Positions 28,314 through 49,922 of a stretch of 64,000 bases of DNA are shown piece by piece (position 1 is the first letter of the stretch; every line of letters begins with the position of its first letter). The stretch is from Candidatus Latescibacterota bacterium (GTDB lineage Bacteria; Krumholzibacteriota; Krumholzibacteriia; WVZY01). The notes beneath the pieces are model-generated. The model was given only the letters and a program-made list of their open reading frames with translations. It was not told the origin of the DNA and did no database searches. The position numbers and the translations under genes were made by a program. The DNA lies in assembly GCA_963791045.1 (NCBI GenBank), contig CAWBQK010000005.1:1-64000 (forward strand), written 5' to 3'.

Positions 28314-28856
28314 CTAGGCACCAGCCGCCGTTTTTCCGGCCTTTCTCTGAATATGTTCGCCGACGTACTTGACGCCTTTACCCTTATACGGTTCGGGCGG
28401 TCTGTACTTCCGAATATCCGCCGCGACCTGTCCCACTTGCTCTTTGACGATTCCCATCACCTTGATCTGAGTGGGAGCGGGGGTCTCGATCTGAATTCCC
28501 TCGGGCACGGCGAAATTGATCGGATGCGAAAAACCAAGCGTCAGAACAAGTTCTTTGCCCTTGGCTTCCGCCTTGTAACCGACACCGACGATTTCGAGCT
28601 CTTTGATAAACCCGTCGGTCACACCGACGACCATGTTGAAAAGAAGCGTGCGCGCAAGTCCGTGCATCGATCTCGTCGTCTTGTCGTCGGAATCCCTCGT
28701 GACCTTGATGACGCCGTCTTCCTGGCTGTAATTACAGACCGCGGGAAGCGTCCTCTTGATTTCACCCTTGGGACCCTTGACCGTGGCCGTTGAGCCATCG
28801 AGGGTCACGGTAACTCCCTTGGGCACTTCTATAGGTAGCAGTCCTACTCTTGACAT
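28314..28856 (-). CDS. rplF: 50S ribosomal protein L6
   Basis: MSRVG, GVGYKA, RPPEPYKGKG. Confidence 0.97.
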   Translation of the reverse strand: MSRVGLLPIEVPKGVTVTLDGSTATVKGPKGEIKRTLPAVCNYSQEDGVIKVTRDSDDKTTRSMHGLARTLLFNMVVGVTDGFIKELEIVGVGYKAEAKGKELVLTLGFSHPINFAVPEGIQIETPAPTQIKVMGIVKEQVGQVAADIRKYRPPEPYKGKGVKYVGEHIQRKAGKTAAGA

Positions 28857-29254
28857 TACCAAACCTCACAGATAACTTCGCCGCCGATGCCGCGACTGCG
28901 ACACTCCGCATCAGGGAGGACGCCCTGCGATGTCGACAGAATCGCCAGGCCATAGCCGCCGAGCACGCGCGGGATCTTGTCCGAAGGGACATAGACGCGC
29001 AGGCTGGGCTTGCTAATCCTCTTCAATCCGTTGATCGCGGATGAATTGTCTTTTCCGTATTTGATGTAGATGCGCAGGAAACCCTGCTTGTCGTCATCAA
29101 TATACTTCACGCCTTTGATGAATCCCGCGTCGATCAGAATCTTGCTGAGTTCGGCTTTGAGCCGCGACGCTGGAATGTCCGTGTATGTGTGGTTCGCTCG
29201 AATCGCATTGCGAATCCGCGTCAGATAGTCAGAAATTGGATCGGTCATACTCAC
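28856..29254 (-). CDS. rpsH: 30S ribosomal protein S8
   Basis: TDPISDYLTRIRNA, SKPSLRVY, GGEVICEVW. Confidence 0.97.
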   Translation of the reverse strand: MSMTDPISDYLTRIRNAIRANHTYTDIPASRLKAELSKILIDAGFIKGVKYIDDDKQGFLRIYIKYGKDNSSAINGLKRISKPSLRVYVPSDKIPRVLGGYGLAILSTSQGVLPDAECRSRGIGGEVICEVW

Positions 29255-29300
29255 TTTTGCTGTCTCCCGTTCGAGAACATGGATATAAACAGTATTCGGC

Positions 29301-29486
29301 TTACCAGCTTGCTTTCACGACTCCGGGAATCTTGCCCTGGAGCGAAAGTTCACGGAAACAGATCCGGCAAATCCCAAACCTTCTCAAATACGCTCGCGAA
29401 CGGCCGCAGCGGTTGCAGCGGCTGTAAGCTCGCACCTTGAATTTCGGAGGTCTATTCGCCTTTGCTATCCAGGATTTCTTGGCCAC
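29301..29486 (-). CDS. rpsN: 30S ribosomal protein S14, zinc-binding type
   Basis: 61 aa with RCNRCGR...CRICFRE and IPGVVKASW. Confidence 0.97.
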   Translation of the reverse strand: MAKKSWIAKANRPPKFKVRAYSRCNRCGRSRAYLRRFGICRICFRELSLQGKIPGVVKASW

Positions 29487-29502
29487 GCTTCCCCCTACGT
29501 TC

Positions 29503-30046
29503 CTACTGTGTTTTGAACGGCATGTTCATTTGTTTGAGCAGTTTAAAACCCTGCTCGTCATTTGCTGCCGACGTCACGATTGTGATGTCCATCCCGATGA
29601 TCTGTTCGACTTTGTCGTAATCGATCTCCGGAAAAATGATGTGCTCTTTGATACCGAGCGTGTAATTGCCGCGCCCGTCAAAGCTCTTTGTGGGCACGCC
29701 TCTGAAAGTCCCTGATACGCGGGAGCGCCACATTGACGAGTCTGTCGTAGAACTCGTACATCATGTCGCCACGAAGCGTCACCTTACAGCCAATTGACAT
29801 TCCCTGCCGGAGCTTAAACGCCGCAACGGAAAGCCGGGCTTTGTTGAGCTTCGGCTTTTGCCCCGTGATCGTCGCGATGTCGGCCATCGCCGCGTCAAGC
29901 AGCTTGGCGTTGGTGATCGCCTCGCCAACACCACAGTTGACGACGATCTTCTCCAACTTCGGAACCTGCATCACGTTCTTGAAGCCAAATTCCTTCTTCA
30001 GCGCGGGAATGACTTCCTTCTCGTATTTCTCTCTTAGTCTAGCCAC
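29503..30046 (-). CDS. rplE: 50S ribosomal protein L5 (apparent frameshift near 29710)
   Basis: [33 protein letters not shown]. Confidence 0.95.
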
Positions 30047-30063
30047 GGTTTCTTCCCTCTTAA

Positions 30064-30388
30064 TTATTCATTCGTAACGAGCATCTCGTTACACGACTTG
30101 CAAACCCGAACCTTCTTGCCGTCCGATAGCAGGCCTACGCCCGTTCGCGTCGGCTTCGAACATTTCGGGCAAATCAGAAGCACATTAGAGACATGGATGG
30201 GGGCTTCTTTTTCGATGATGCCGCCCTGATCCTGCTGCGAGCGCGGTTTCTGTATGACGTTTGACGAGATGGACTTTTTCGACAATGATACGGTTCGTCT
30301 TGGGATAAACCTTGAGAACCTTGCCGATTTTGCCCTTGTTGTTGCCGGCGATTACTTTGACGGTGTCATTCTTGATTATCTTTATCAT
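30064..30388 (-). CDS. rplX: 50S ribosomal protein L24 (apparent frameshift)
   Basis: [26 protein letters not shown]. Confidence 0.94.
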
Positions 30389-30435
30389 GACGCTTCTCCG
30401 ACCGTTTCAGATCTGTCCCGTGAGCCTTGTCTCTA

Positions 30436-30804
30436 CTAGAGAACTTCCGGCGCAAGGGAGATGATTTTCATAAATCGCTTTTCCCTGAGTTCACGAGCCA
30501 CCGGGCCAAAAATACGGGTTCCGACCGGCTCCTTGTTATCGTTGATGACAACCGCCGCATTCTCGTCAAAACGGATATAGCTCCCGTCAGCCCGGCGAAT
30601 TTCCTTCTTTGTCCTCACGACGACTGCCTTGGTAACCTGGCCCTTCTTGACCAGCCCCCCGGGCATGGCGACTTTTACGGACACAGAGATGATGTCTCCC
30701 ACTCTCGCGTACCGGCGTCCCGTGCCGCCGTGCACACGGATGCAGAGCAGGCTTTTTGCGCCCGAATTGTCCGCAACATGTAACATTGTTTCCGGTTTAA
30801 TCAT
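30436..30804 (-). CDS. rplN: 50S ribosomal protein L14
   Basis: [34 protein letters not shown]. Confidence 0.98.
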   Translation of the reverse strand: MIKPETMLHVADNSGAKSLLCIRVHGGTGRRYARVGDIISVSVKVAMPGGLVKKGQVTKAVVVRTKKEIRRADGSYIRFDENAAVVINDNKEPVGTRIFGPVARELREKRFMKIISLAPEVL

Positions 30805-30854
30805 CGCTCTTCTTCACCTTCGGGTTTCAAAAGTCCAACGACCTGACCACTACC

Positions 30855-31124
30855 CTACTTGGCTTTCTCAAGGACCTCGACCAGTCTCCAACGCTTCATC
30901 TTACTGAGCGGGCTTGTCGCCATGATCTTGACTTTGTCGCCGATACCACACGCATTCTCCGGATCATGGGCGTGGAGCTTCGTTGTTCTCTTGATGTACT
31001 TGCTATAAACCTTGTGCTTGACAAGCCTGTCTACACGCACCGTAATAGTCTTTTCCATCTTGTTGCTCTCAACAACACCGACAAACGTTTTTCTCTGAAT
31101 TCGTTCCACTGTCAGCTCCCTCAT
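30855..31124 (-). CDS. rpsQ: 30S ribosomal protein S17
   Basis: [24 protein letters not shown]. Start uncertain. Confidence 0.95.
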   Translation of the reverse strand: MRELTVERIQRKTFVGVVESNKMEKTITVRVDRLVKHKVYSKYIKRTTKLHAHDPENACGIGDKVKIMATSPLSKMKRWRLVEVLEKAK

Positions 31125-31148
31125 GAAGCTCAAAATTTTCTATATGAC

Positions 31149-31379
31149 CTATGACTTGTCTTTTGCCGCGGACAATTCCCCCGGCTTCGCGCCGAGATTC
31201 TTGTCGCGGAGGACCGTTTTGGCCCGGGCGAGTTCTCTCTTTACCTCTCGAACACGGAGAGGATTGTCGAGCTGCTTGACGGACAGCTTGATCTTCAAGT
31301 TCACCAGCTCTCCCACGAGCGTGTCGTGATGCTGCTGGAGTTCTTCGAGTGTCATTTCTCGCATGTCATGTGGCTTCAT
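31149..31379 (-). CDS. rpmC: 50S ribosomal protein L29
   Basis: [20 protein letters not shown]; position in the S10 operon. Confidence 0.95.
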   Translation of the reverse strand: MKPHDMREMTLEELQQHHDTLVGELVNLKIKLSVKQLDNPLRVREVKRELARAKTVLRDKNLGAKPGELSAAKDKS

Positions 31380-31382
31380 CGA

Positions 31383-31802
31383 TTACACTTCCTCGAAACT
31401 ACGCGTTACGAATTTGGTTTTCATGGGTAGCTTGGCCATCGCCAGTTTCATGGCTTCGCGCGCGAGCTCAGGGGGAACACCGTCGAGTTCAAAAAGAACC
31501 CGGCCCGGTTTGACGACACAGACCCAGAACTCGGGAGCGCCTTTACCCTTGCCCATGCGGGTTTCCGCCGGCTTCTTCGAGACGGGCTTGTCGGGGAACA
31601 CGCGGATCCACACCTTGCCCATTCTCTTGACGTGACGCGTTATCGCGATACGAGCCGCTTCGATCTGCTTATTGGTAACCCAGCTTGGTTCCATCGCCTT
31701 CAGCCCGTACTCACCAAATGAGATCTTCGATCCCTTTGTTGCATGGCCTGTCATCCTGCCACGGTGCTGGCGACGAAACTTTACTCGTTTCGGCATCAAC
31801 AT
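31383..31802 (-). CDS. rplP: 50S ribosomal protein L16
   Basis: [25 protein letters not shown]. Confidence 0.98.
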   Translation of the reverse strand: MLMPKRVKFRRQHRGRMTGHATKGSKISFGEYGLKAMEPSWVTNKQIEAARIAITRHVKRMGKVWIRVFPDKPVSKKPAETRMGKGKGAPEFWVCVVKPGRVLFELDGVPPELAREAMKLAMAKLPMKTKFVTRSFEEV

Positions 31803-31804
31803 GA

Positions 31805-32478
31805 TTAACTAGACCCCTCTCCAGCTTGCGCCAAGGATTTCTTGAATTCTTTTGGAAAGATCTCACCCTTGTAGATCCAGACCTTGACGCCGACACAACC
31901 GAAGGTCGTGTGCGCCGTCGCGGTGGCATAATCAATATTCGCCCGAAGCGTGTGCAAAGGCACCCGGCCTTCGTGATATCCCTCGCGGCGCGACATCTCC
32001 GCGCCACCGAGGCGGCCCGGACGTCTGAACCTTGATTCCCTCGGCCCCCATTCGCATCGCCGAAGCAAGCGTTTTCTTCATCGCGCGCCGGAACGACACG
32101 CGCTGTTCGAGCTGCATCGCAATGTGCTCGGCAACGAGCTGGGCATTGAGCTCGGGCTTTTTGACGTCTTTGATATTGATCTGAATATCCTTGCCCGCGA
32201 GGTGCTTGAGCTCGTCGCGAAGCATGTCGACCTCTGCGCCTTTTCGTCCCGATCACCATTCCCGGCCTGGCGGTATAGATATTGACGGTGGCTTTGCCGC
32301 TCGATCGTTCGATCTCGATCTTGGCCACGCCCGCCTTATAGAGCCGTTTCTTGATATATCGTCTGATCTTGATATCTTCATTCAACCACTGTGCGTATTC
32401 TTTCGTTGAGAACCAGCGCGAATCCCACGTGCGATTGATACCAAGCCTAAGTCCGACGGGGTTGGTTTTTTGCCCCAC
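31805..32478 (-). CDS. rpsC: 30S ribosomal protein S3 (apparent frameshifts)
   Basis: [40 protein letters not shown]. Confidence 0.95.
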
Positions 32479-32848
32479 GTTCTAGCCTCCCTGCGGTTGT
32501 CTCTTCTTCCACCGGAAGCGAGACCACGACTTTAATGTGGCTGCTGCGCTTCCGGATCCTGTATGCCCGACCCTGCGCGCGAGGCCTGAATCCGGTACAG
32601 TGTGCGACCTTCGTCAACCTGGATCGATTTAACAACCATATCTTCCGCTTCGACGGTTCCGCCCTTTTTGTTCACCATGTTGTGCATGGCGGAACGGATC
32701 GTTTTGCCCATCGGAGCTGCTGCCGCCTGCGGGGTGAACTTCAAAATCTCGAGCGCTTCTTCGACATTTCTTCCGCGTACGAGATCGGCAACCTGCCGGA
32801 CTTTTCGCGCCGGATAACCAATATGACGGGCGCGAGCATTGCTTCCAT
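32447..32848 (-). CDS. rplV: 50S ribosomal protein L22 (apparent frameshifts)
   Basis: [31 protein letters not shown]. Confidence 0.9.
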
Positions 32849-32905
32849 CTTGTTTCTCCAGATATAAGATAAACCGCCGGCGAACCGCCAGTTTACTTTT
32901 TGCCT

Positions 32906-33178
32906 TTACCTTGCCGTCTTGCTTGTGTGTCCTCTGTATGTTCTGGTCAGCGGAAACTCGCCGAGCTTGTGTCCCACCATATTTTCGTTGATATAGACCG
33001 GGATGAACTGTTTGCCATTATGAACGGCGACGCGTGTGCCCAACAAATTCCGGGGAAATCGTCGAACGCCGCGCCCAGGTCTTGATGACCCTTTTCGTTG
33101 CCGCCCCGGTTCATCTCCAGTGATCTTCTTCAGAAGCTTCTGGTCGATAAACGGACCTTTTTTGAGACTTCGACCCAT
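32906..33178 (-). CDS. rpsS: 30S ribosomal protein S19 (apparent frameshifts)
   Basis: [26 protein letters not shown]. Confidence 0.93.
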   Translation of the reverse strand: MGRSLKKGPFIDQKLLKKITGDEPGRQRKGSSRPGRGVRRFPRNLLGTRVAVHNGKQFIPVYINENMVGHKLGEFPLTRTYRGHTSKTAR

Positions 33179-33185
33179 AGCCGTC

Positions 33186-34034
33186 CTACCGTTTGTTACT
33201 TTCTTTCTTTGCACGACGCCGAACGATGTATTTATCGCTGGGCTTTTTCTTCCGTGTCTTGTAACCCTTGGTCGGCTTGTCCCCACGGGGTCACCGGGTG
33301 CCTGCCACCGCTGGACTTGCCTTCGCCGCCACCCAACGGGTGGTCGACCGGGTTCATGGCCACACCGCGAACCGTGGGGCCGAAACCCAACCAGCGCGTA
33401 CCGGCCGGCCTTGCCAGAAACGATGTTTTCGTGATCGAGATTGCCAACCTGTCCGACCGTCGCATAACACTCTTTGCGGACGGCTCTCACTTCACCGGAG
33501 GGCAGCTTCAACTGAACGTAGTTGCCGTCCTTGGCCATGATCTGGGCGTACCCTCCGGCCGAGCTGACGATCTGGCCGCCTTTTCCGTGAGTTAACTCGA
33601 TGTTGTGCACATCGAAGTACCCAGAGGAATCTTCTCCAGAGGAAGGGCGTTGCCCGGCTTGATATCCGCCGCTATCCCCGCCACGACGGCGTCTCCGACC
33701 TTCAGACCGTGGGGAGAAAGAATGTAGCGCTTTTCTCCATCCACATAGTGGAGAAGCGCGATCCGCGCGGAACGGTTGGGGTCGTACTCAATGGCAGCCA
33801 CTTTTGACGGGATGTCCAGTTTATCGCGCTTGAAATCGATCCTGCGGTACATCCGCTTGTGACCGCCACCACGGTGTCTCGCGGTAACGCGGCCCCGATT
33901 GTTCCGGCCGCCCGTCTTCTTGAGCGGCTCGAGTAGCGATTTTTCCGGCTCTTTCTTGGTGAGCCAGGAAAAATCGGATACCGTGCGGTACCTCGAAGCG
34001 TCGGTGTAGTCGGTTTAAATTTCTTAATCGGCAT
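33186..34034 (-). CDS. rplB: 50S ribosomal protein L2 (apparent frameshifts)
   Basis: [43 protein letters not shown]. Confidence 0.95.
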
Positions 34035-34054
34035 AAATTTCCAACCTGTCGTTT

Positions 34055-34360
34055 TTATACGACGTCAAATACGTCGATCGAGTCCCCATCGGCCAAGGTC
34101 ACGTATGCTTTCTTCCAGTTTGTCGTCCTACCGGTAAACCGACCGGCACGGTTCATAACTACTCTGGGTTTGCCGCGATAAACAGCGGTGCTCACGTCCT
34201 TGACATGAACCTCGAAGATCTCTTCGATGGCCTGCTTGATCTGCCGTTTGTTCGCTCTCGGGTCAACCCTGAAGACGTAACGATTGCACGTTTCCTTGAG
34301 CATCGCGCCCTTTTCGGTCACGAGCGGCTTCTCGATAAAAAGTCTAATGTCACTACTCAT
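34055..34360 (-). CDS. rplW: 50S ribosomal protein L23
   Basis: PLVTEK, ANKRQIKQAIE, WKKAYVTL. Confidence 0.96.
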   Translation of the reverse strand: MSSDIRLFIEKPLVTEKGAMLKETCNRYVFRVDPRANKRQIKQAIEEIFEVHVKDVSTAVYRGKPRVVMNRAGRFTGRTTNWKKAYVTLADGDSIDVFDVV

Positions 34361-34986
34361 TCTTGAACACCTCTTCCATCGCCTTGAGAGCGCCCTGGGT
34401 GAGGATGATCTTGTCCGCCCAAACAACCTCGTAAGTACTCAACATATTGCCGAGCGTCATCTTGAGCCCCGGGATGTTCCGCGCGGATTTGATGACGACG
34501 GGATCGGATTTGCCGAGAACAAAGAGGACTTTCTTGTGATAACTATCCATGCCCTTGAGAAGCTCGGCAAACTGCCCGGTTTTGGGCTCGTTGAAATTGA
34601 GATCATCAACAACAACGATATCTCCATCCTTCGCCCGGCTCGAAAGCGCGGAGCGCAGGGCCAGCCGCTTGACTTTCTTGGGCAGAGCCTGACGATAATC
34701 CCGCGGATGGGGACCAAAGACCACACCGCCGCCACGGAAGATAGGCGAACGGGTCGTACCGGCACGCGCCCGGCCTGTCCCTTTCTGCCGGTAAGGCTTC
34801 CTGCCGCCGCCGCGAACATTCGGAGCGACCCTTGGTCTTCGCCGTGCCCTGCCGCTGATTGGCAAGATACGCGACTACCGCCTGGTGAATGACGGGAGCG
34901 TTGACCTCACACTCGAACATATCGCTGGGCAGGTTCTGCGTGCCCTTTTCTGTTCCATCCTGTTGGTAATGTTTTGCCGTTATCAT
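34353..34986 (-). CDS. rplD: 50S ribosomal protein L4 (apparent frameshift)
   Basis: RQGTAKTK; KPYRQKGTGRARAG, GGGVVFGP, SARNIP. Confidence 0.95.
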
Positions 34987-35016
34987 CGTTCTTTCTCGCG
35001 TCTCGAGTTTTGTTTC

Positions 35017-35634
35017 TTAGCCTTTGCGGATGAACACGATGCCGTTGGTGGCACCCGGCACGGCGCCCTTGACAAAGATCAGGTTGTTCTCCGCATCGAT
35101 CTGGACAATTTTGAGATTTCGAACGGTCGTGCGTTTGCCACCCATCCGCCCCGGGAGCTTCTTGCCCTTGTAAATCCGTGACGGTGTCGCGCACGCGCCA
35201 ACTGACCCGGGCTCACGGATATTCTTGGAGCCATGAGACTTAGGACCGCTGGTAAAACCGTGACGCTTGATTGTGCCGGCAAAACCCCGACCCTTCGAAG
35301 TCCCGATGACGCTGACATGCTCGGCGCCCTCGAAAACTTTCACATCAAGTACGTCGCCGACCTTAAACTCGGCGGGATCATCGACACGGACCTCTTTGAG
35401 AACCCGCGCAGGGTTGGCCCCCGACCGTTTGAAATGACCTTCAAGCGGCTTTTTTAAACGGCTCTTTTTCGTTTCGCCGTAACCGATTTGAATCGCCGAG
35501 TAACCATCGGTGTCCAGTGTCTTGATCTGAACGATCGGACACGGACCCGCCTGGATCACGGAGACAGGCGTCGCCGCTCCGGATTCCTCGAAGATTTGCG
35601 TCATTCCCAGTTTTTTTCCTATGAGGAGTTGCAT
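35017..35634 (-). CDS. rplC: 50S ribosomal protein L3
   Basis: GKKLGMTQIF, SKGRGFAG, KGAVPG. Confidence 0.98.
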   Translation of the reverse strand: MQLLIGKKLGMTQIFEESGAATPVSVIQAGPCPIVQIKTLDTDGYSAIQIGYGETKKSRLKKPLEGHFKRSGANPARVLKEVRVDDPAEFKVGDVLDVKVFEGAEHVSVIGTSKGRGFAGTIKRHGFTSGPKSHGSKNIREPGSVGACATPSRIYKGKKLPGRMGGKRTTVRNLKIVQIDAENNLIFVKGAVPGATNGIVFIRKG

Positions 35635-35765
35635 CTGAATCCTCTCACCTTTTCCCGGTCTCTGCCGGTGTTATGCTCTTCTCGTTTTGCCCCGGATCTC
35701 TTCACGCTTGCCGTTTCGAGACCTTCAACGCTCGAGAGTCGAGCACGCACCGCAAGACTCATTCG

Positions 35766-36074
35766 CTACGTTCTAATTTCTATGTCAACGCCCGCAGGAA
35801 GCACGAGCTTGGTCAAATCATCGATCGTCTGCTGTGTCGTATGCGTGAGATCGATCAGACGCTTGTGAATACGGATTTCGAACTGTTCGCGTGACTTTTT
35901 GTTCACGTGAGGCGATCGAAGCACCGTGTACACGGAGCGTCTCGTCGGCAATGGGATCGGACCCTTAACTCTTGCGCCGGTGCGCTTTGCCGTTTTGACA
36001 ATCTCATCCGTCGTACGATCGAGTGTCGAGTGCTCGTACGCTTTAAGCTTTATTCGGATTTTCTGATAATTCAC
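35766..36074 (-). CDS. rpsJ: 30S ribosomal protein S10
   Basis: [30 protein letters not shown]. Confidence 0.97.
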   Translation of the reverse strand: MNYQKIRIKLKAYEHSTLDRTTDEIVKTAKRTGARVKGPIPLPTRRSVYTVLRSPHVNKKSREQFEIRIHKRLIDLTHTTQQTIDDLTKLVLPAGVDIEIRT

Positions 36075-36137
36075 ACCGACGGCCCTCCTGCCGTGCATTC
36101 AACTCTTTCAAAGAACTATTTACCGTTCGTATCTTGC

Positions 36138-37331
<1,194 letters not shown>

Positions 37332-37340
37332 CTTTCCTCC

Positions 37341-39437
37341 TTAACTATTCACGGCTTTCCCGTGAAAACTACTCACAAGCTGATCCGAGACATCTTTCGG
37401 GAGTTTTTCATAACGTGAGAACTGCATTGTATAAACCGCGCGGCCCTGCGTGAGGGATCTCAGCGTGGTCGCATAACCAAACATTTCCGCGAGTGGAACT
37501 CGCGCCGCGATAACTTGTGCGTCGGAACGTCTAAACATGCCCCCGACCCTCCCTCTCCGCGAGCTCAGATCGGCCATGACGTCCCCCATGTATTCTTCAG
37601 GAACAACAACTTCGACATCCATGATCGGTTCGAGCATGACCGGCCCCGCCTTGCGCATCGCTTCGCTTGACCGCCATGGAAGCCGCCATCCGGAACGCGA
37701 TCTCGCTCGAATCGACATCGTGCGAACGACCCGTCGAGAAGCGTGGCCTTGACGCCAACCACCGGGTATCCGGCGAGGACCCCCGAGGTCAGAGCGTCTT
37801 TGATCCCCTTCTCGACCGCCGAGATGTATTCTCTGGGAACCGTGCCGCCGACGACACGATTCTCAAAAATAAATTCGTCGCCTTCCGGGTTCGGTTCAAT
37901 TTCGAGAACAACGTGGCCGTACTGACCGTGCCCGCCGGTCTGCTTGACGAACTTGTGCTCGGCTTCGGTCAGCTTCTGGATCGATTCCTTGTACGCAACC
38001 TGCGGCCGGCCGACATTGGCGCCGACCTTAAATTCTCTGAGCATCCGGTCGACAAGGATCTCGAGATGGAGCTCGCCCATCCCCGAAATAATTGTCTGTC
38101 CGGTCTCTTCATCCACATGGACCTGAAAAGTCGGATCCTCTTCGCTCAATTTCTCGAGCGCCTGTGAGAGCTTTTCCTGGTCGGCCTTGGTCTTTGGCTC
38201 GATCGCCACCGTGATGACCGGCTCCGGGAAGTGCATCTCTTCGAGCAGGATCGGATGCTTGATGTCGCAAATCGTATCTCCCGTACTCGCCTTCCTCAAC
38301 CCAACGACCGCGGCAATATCACCTGAATAAATCGCGTCGCGCTCTTCGCGCTTGTTGGCGTGCATCTGAACGAGACGGCCAATCCGTTCCTTCTTGTTGG
38401 TCGTCACGTTGATGATCGTGCCTCCCGTCTTCGCGACACCGCTGTACACCCGGATGTAAGTTAGCTTGCCGATGTACGGATCGGTCATAATTTTGAAAAC
38501 AATCGCGGAGAAAGGCTCGTCGTCGCCCACTTTTCTAACTTCTTCTTTTTTGGTGTAAGGATTGATCCCGACAACAGGAGGAACATCCAGAGGGGAAGGC
38601 AAATACGCGAGCACGGCATCGAGGAGTTTCTGAACGCCCTTGTTTTTGAAAGCGGCGCCACAGAGAACCGGGACAAACTCGACACTGATTGTCGCCTTGC
38701 GGATCGCGTCCACAATGCGCTCGCTCGACGTGTCGTCGCGTCTCGACAAAATCGTGCATTACATCGTCGTCGAATTCGGCGAGTGATTCCACGAGGTGCT
38801 CGCGGTATTCCTGCGCCTGCGGGAGAAGATCCTTCGGAATCTCCTCTTCCTGGTATGTAGCGCCTTGCGTCTCTTCGTTGTAGAAGTAGGCTTTCATCTT
38901 GACCAGATCGATGATACCGGTAAACAGGTCACCGCTACCGATCGGAAGCTGGATCGGCACCGCGTTGGCGCCAAGCCGTTCGCGCATCATCGAAACGACG
39001 TTGTAAAAATCGGCCCCCATACGGTCCATCTTGTTGACAAAAGCGATACGCGGGACCTGATACTTGTCTGCCTGCCGCCAGACCGTCTCCGACTGGGGCT
39101 CAACACCACCCACCGAACAAAAAACACCAACGGCGCCGTCGAGAACCCGAAGGCTCCGTTCGACTTCAACGGTGAAGTCAACGTGTCCCGGCGTGTCGAT
39201 GATGTTCACTCGATGGTCGTTCCAGAAAGCAGTCGTCGCGGCCGAGGTAATCGTAATCCCCCGCTCCTTCTCCTGCTCCATCCAGTCCATAATGGCCGCG
39301 CCATCGTGCACTTCGCCCATGCGATGCGTCTTGCCGGTATAGAACAGCATCCGCTCAGTGAGCGTTGTTTTACCCGCATCGATGTGGGCCATGATGCCGA
39401 TGTTGCGAACTTTATCGAGTGGTACCAATCGTGCCAT
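37341..39437 (-). CDS. fusA: Elongation factor G (apparent frameshifts near 38740 and 37720)
   Basis: [49 protein letters not shown]. Confidence 0.96.
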
Positions 39438-39649
39438 TTTATTCTTTGCCCGACCAGTCCCGCGACCAATCGAGCAAGCCGGCTCGATTGATCAGCGAAT
39501 GACCGTGGGGCTATTGATGGTTATTACATTTAGGTGCTCTAAACACCCGCTCACAAACACTATGGTCGTCCTTACTGCTTAACCTTGGAAGTCTTAAGAA
39601 CCCTATGTTTGTGCAAAACAAATATTTGGGACACTGCACAGGCCGTTTG

Positions 39650-40121
<472 letters not shown>

Positions 40122-40139
40122 ATCTAATTCCGCTTCGTG

Positions 40140-40516
40140 TTATGCCGACTTCGGCTTTTTCACGCCGTACTTCGATCGCGCGTTATGTCTGCCTTCCACA
40201 CCTGAAGTATCCAGGACACCACGGATAACGTGGTAACGCACACCCGGCAAGTCTTTTACACGTCCGCCGCGAATCAACACGATTGAGTGCTCTTGCAAGT
40301 TGTGACCTTCACCTGGAATGTAGGCGGTGACTTCAAACCCGTTGGTGAGCCGCACACGTGCGACTTTCCGCATCGCCGAATTCGGTTTCTTTGGTGTCAG
40401 CGTGTAAACACGCGTGCACACGCCCCGTTTTTGCGGACAAGCCGTCATCGCCGGGGTCTTTGATTTGGACTTCTGGGGTCACGCCCCGTTCTTATCAATT
40501 GGTTAACAGTAGGCAC
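40140..40516 (-). CDS. rpsL: 30S ribosomal protein S12 (apparent frameshift near 5' end)
   Basis: [34 protein letters not shown]. Confidence 0.96.
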
Positions 40517-40791
40517 AAACTATCCCTCTGACTAGGTCGTACAAACTACCCGTTCGGATTTGCAGAATTGTGGATAACCTCCACAACTGCAAATCTTGCA
40601 ACAAATTAGCTCTATTTTCGATGTAGATGGGCCAGGACATTTCCAGGCAAGAAAAGTAGAGCAAGCGAAGTACGAATTTAGCCCTAAGTCTATAATTTGT
40701 CAAGAGATTTCCACTTTGGAAAATATCTTTTTTGCCACAGGCGTAAGGGCTCAACCCCTGAAAAAAATCAATTTTTCTGGGGAAAATTCGA

Positions 40792-48817
<8,026 letters not shown>

Positions 48818-48908
48818 GTCGAACCTCGATGATCTCGTTAAGACTCACGCGATCAGTGCAAAAACGAATGCGGTCCTGCCTCAAGCACAGGCCGGAGTGG
48901 AACGCCCA

Positions 48909-49310
48909 CTACTTGATTTCGATTGAACCGCCGACTTCTTCGACCTGTTTCTTGATCGATTCGGCTTCTTCCTTCGCAATCGCTTCTTTGATCGGGCTCG
49001 GAGCGGCTTCAACGAGATCCTTCGCCTCTTTGAGTCCGAGGCTCGTGATCGCGCGAACGACCTTGATGACTTTGATCTTCTCGGAACCGATGGCCGAGAG
49101 GATTACGTCAAATTCGGTCTTTTCTTCCTCGGCTTCGGCCGGGGCACCGGCAGCCATCATCGGCATCGCAGCCATCGGCGCGGCAGCGGTGACACCAAAT
49201 TTTTCTTCGAGATTCGTCACGAGCTCGGACATTTCGAGCAACGTGAGGCCTTCGATGATCTCCATCGCTTGTTCGACGTTGTTTTTCTTAGCAGCCTTTG
49301 CTGTAGCCAT
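48909..49310 (-). CDS. rplL: 50S ribosomal protein L7/L12
   Basis: [27 protein letters not shown]. Confidence 0.98.
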   Translation of the reverse strand: MATAKAAKKNNVEQAMEIIEGLTLLEMSELVTNLEEKFGVTAAAPMAAMPMMAAGAPAEAEEEKTEFDVILSAIGSEKIKVIKVVRAITSLGLKEAKDLVEAAPSPIKEAIAKEEAESIKKQVEEVGGSIEIK

Positions 49311-49334
49311 CTCTCTGACTCCTTGCTTACAGGG

Positions 49335-49898
49335 TTATTCACTACCTTCGCCCGTTTGCGGCGCGTCTCCACTCGCGGGCTCCGACTCTTTTTTCTCGAT
49401 TATTGCGTTTATCGCATAGAGAAGATTTCTCAATGTCCCTTCGAGGACGGATACGAGATTGTTCCCGGGGCCCTTGAGCCCACCAAGAAGCTGGGACAGA
49501 AGTTCGTCTTTCGACGGGAGCTTCGAGAGCGCCAGCACCTGGGTCGCGTCGATAACATCTCCCGCGACGACTCCCGCTTTGAAAACGGGGGCCTCGTGTT
49601 CTTTGGCAAAATCGGACAGGATCTTGGCCGGAATATTCTCGCTCTCGCGACTGATCGCAAGCGCCGTCGGCCCCTCGAAATGCTCTTCGAGGCCCTCTCC
49701 TGTCGTGCCTTTGATACTCCGTTTGGCCAGCCTGTTTTTGACGACGATATACTCGACGTTATTTTCGCGGCAGACCTTGCGAAGCCGGGAAATCTTTTCA
49801 ACGTTCAGTCCCGTAAAATCATTGAGAACAACGGAAGTCGCCTCGTTGAAGGCTTCCGTCAGTTCTTCGACTCTCTTTACTTTTTCCGGGCGCGGCAT
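49335..49898 (-). CDS. rplJ: 50S ribosomal protein L10
   Basis: VVKNRLA, GPTA, LSKLPSKDEL; synteny. Confidence 0.96.
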   Translation of the reverse strand: MPRPEKVKRVEELTEAFNEATSVVLNDFTGLNVEKISRLRKVCRENNVEYIVVKNRLAKRSIKGTTGEGLEEHFEGPTALAISRESENIPAKILSDFAKEHEAPVFKAGVVAGDVIDATQVLALSKLPSKDELLSQLLGGLKGPGNNLVSVLEGTLRNLLYAINAIIEKKESEPASGDAPQTGEGSE

Positions 49899-49922
49899 CC
49901 CCGCTCACCTCCTGGACTAGGA

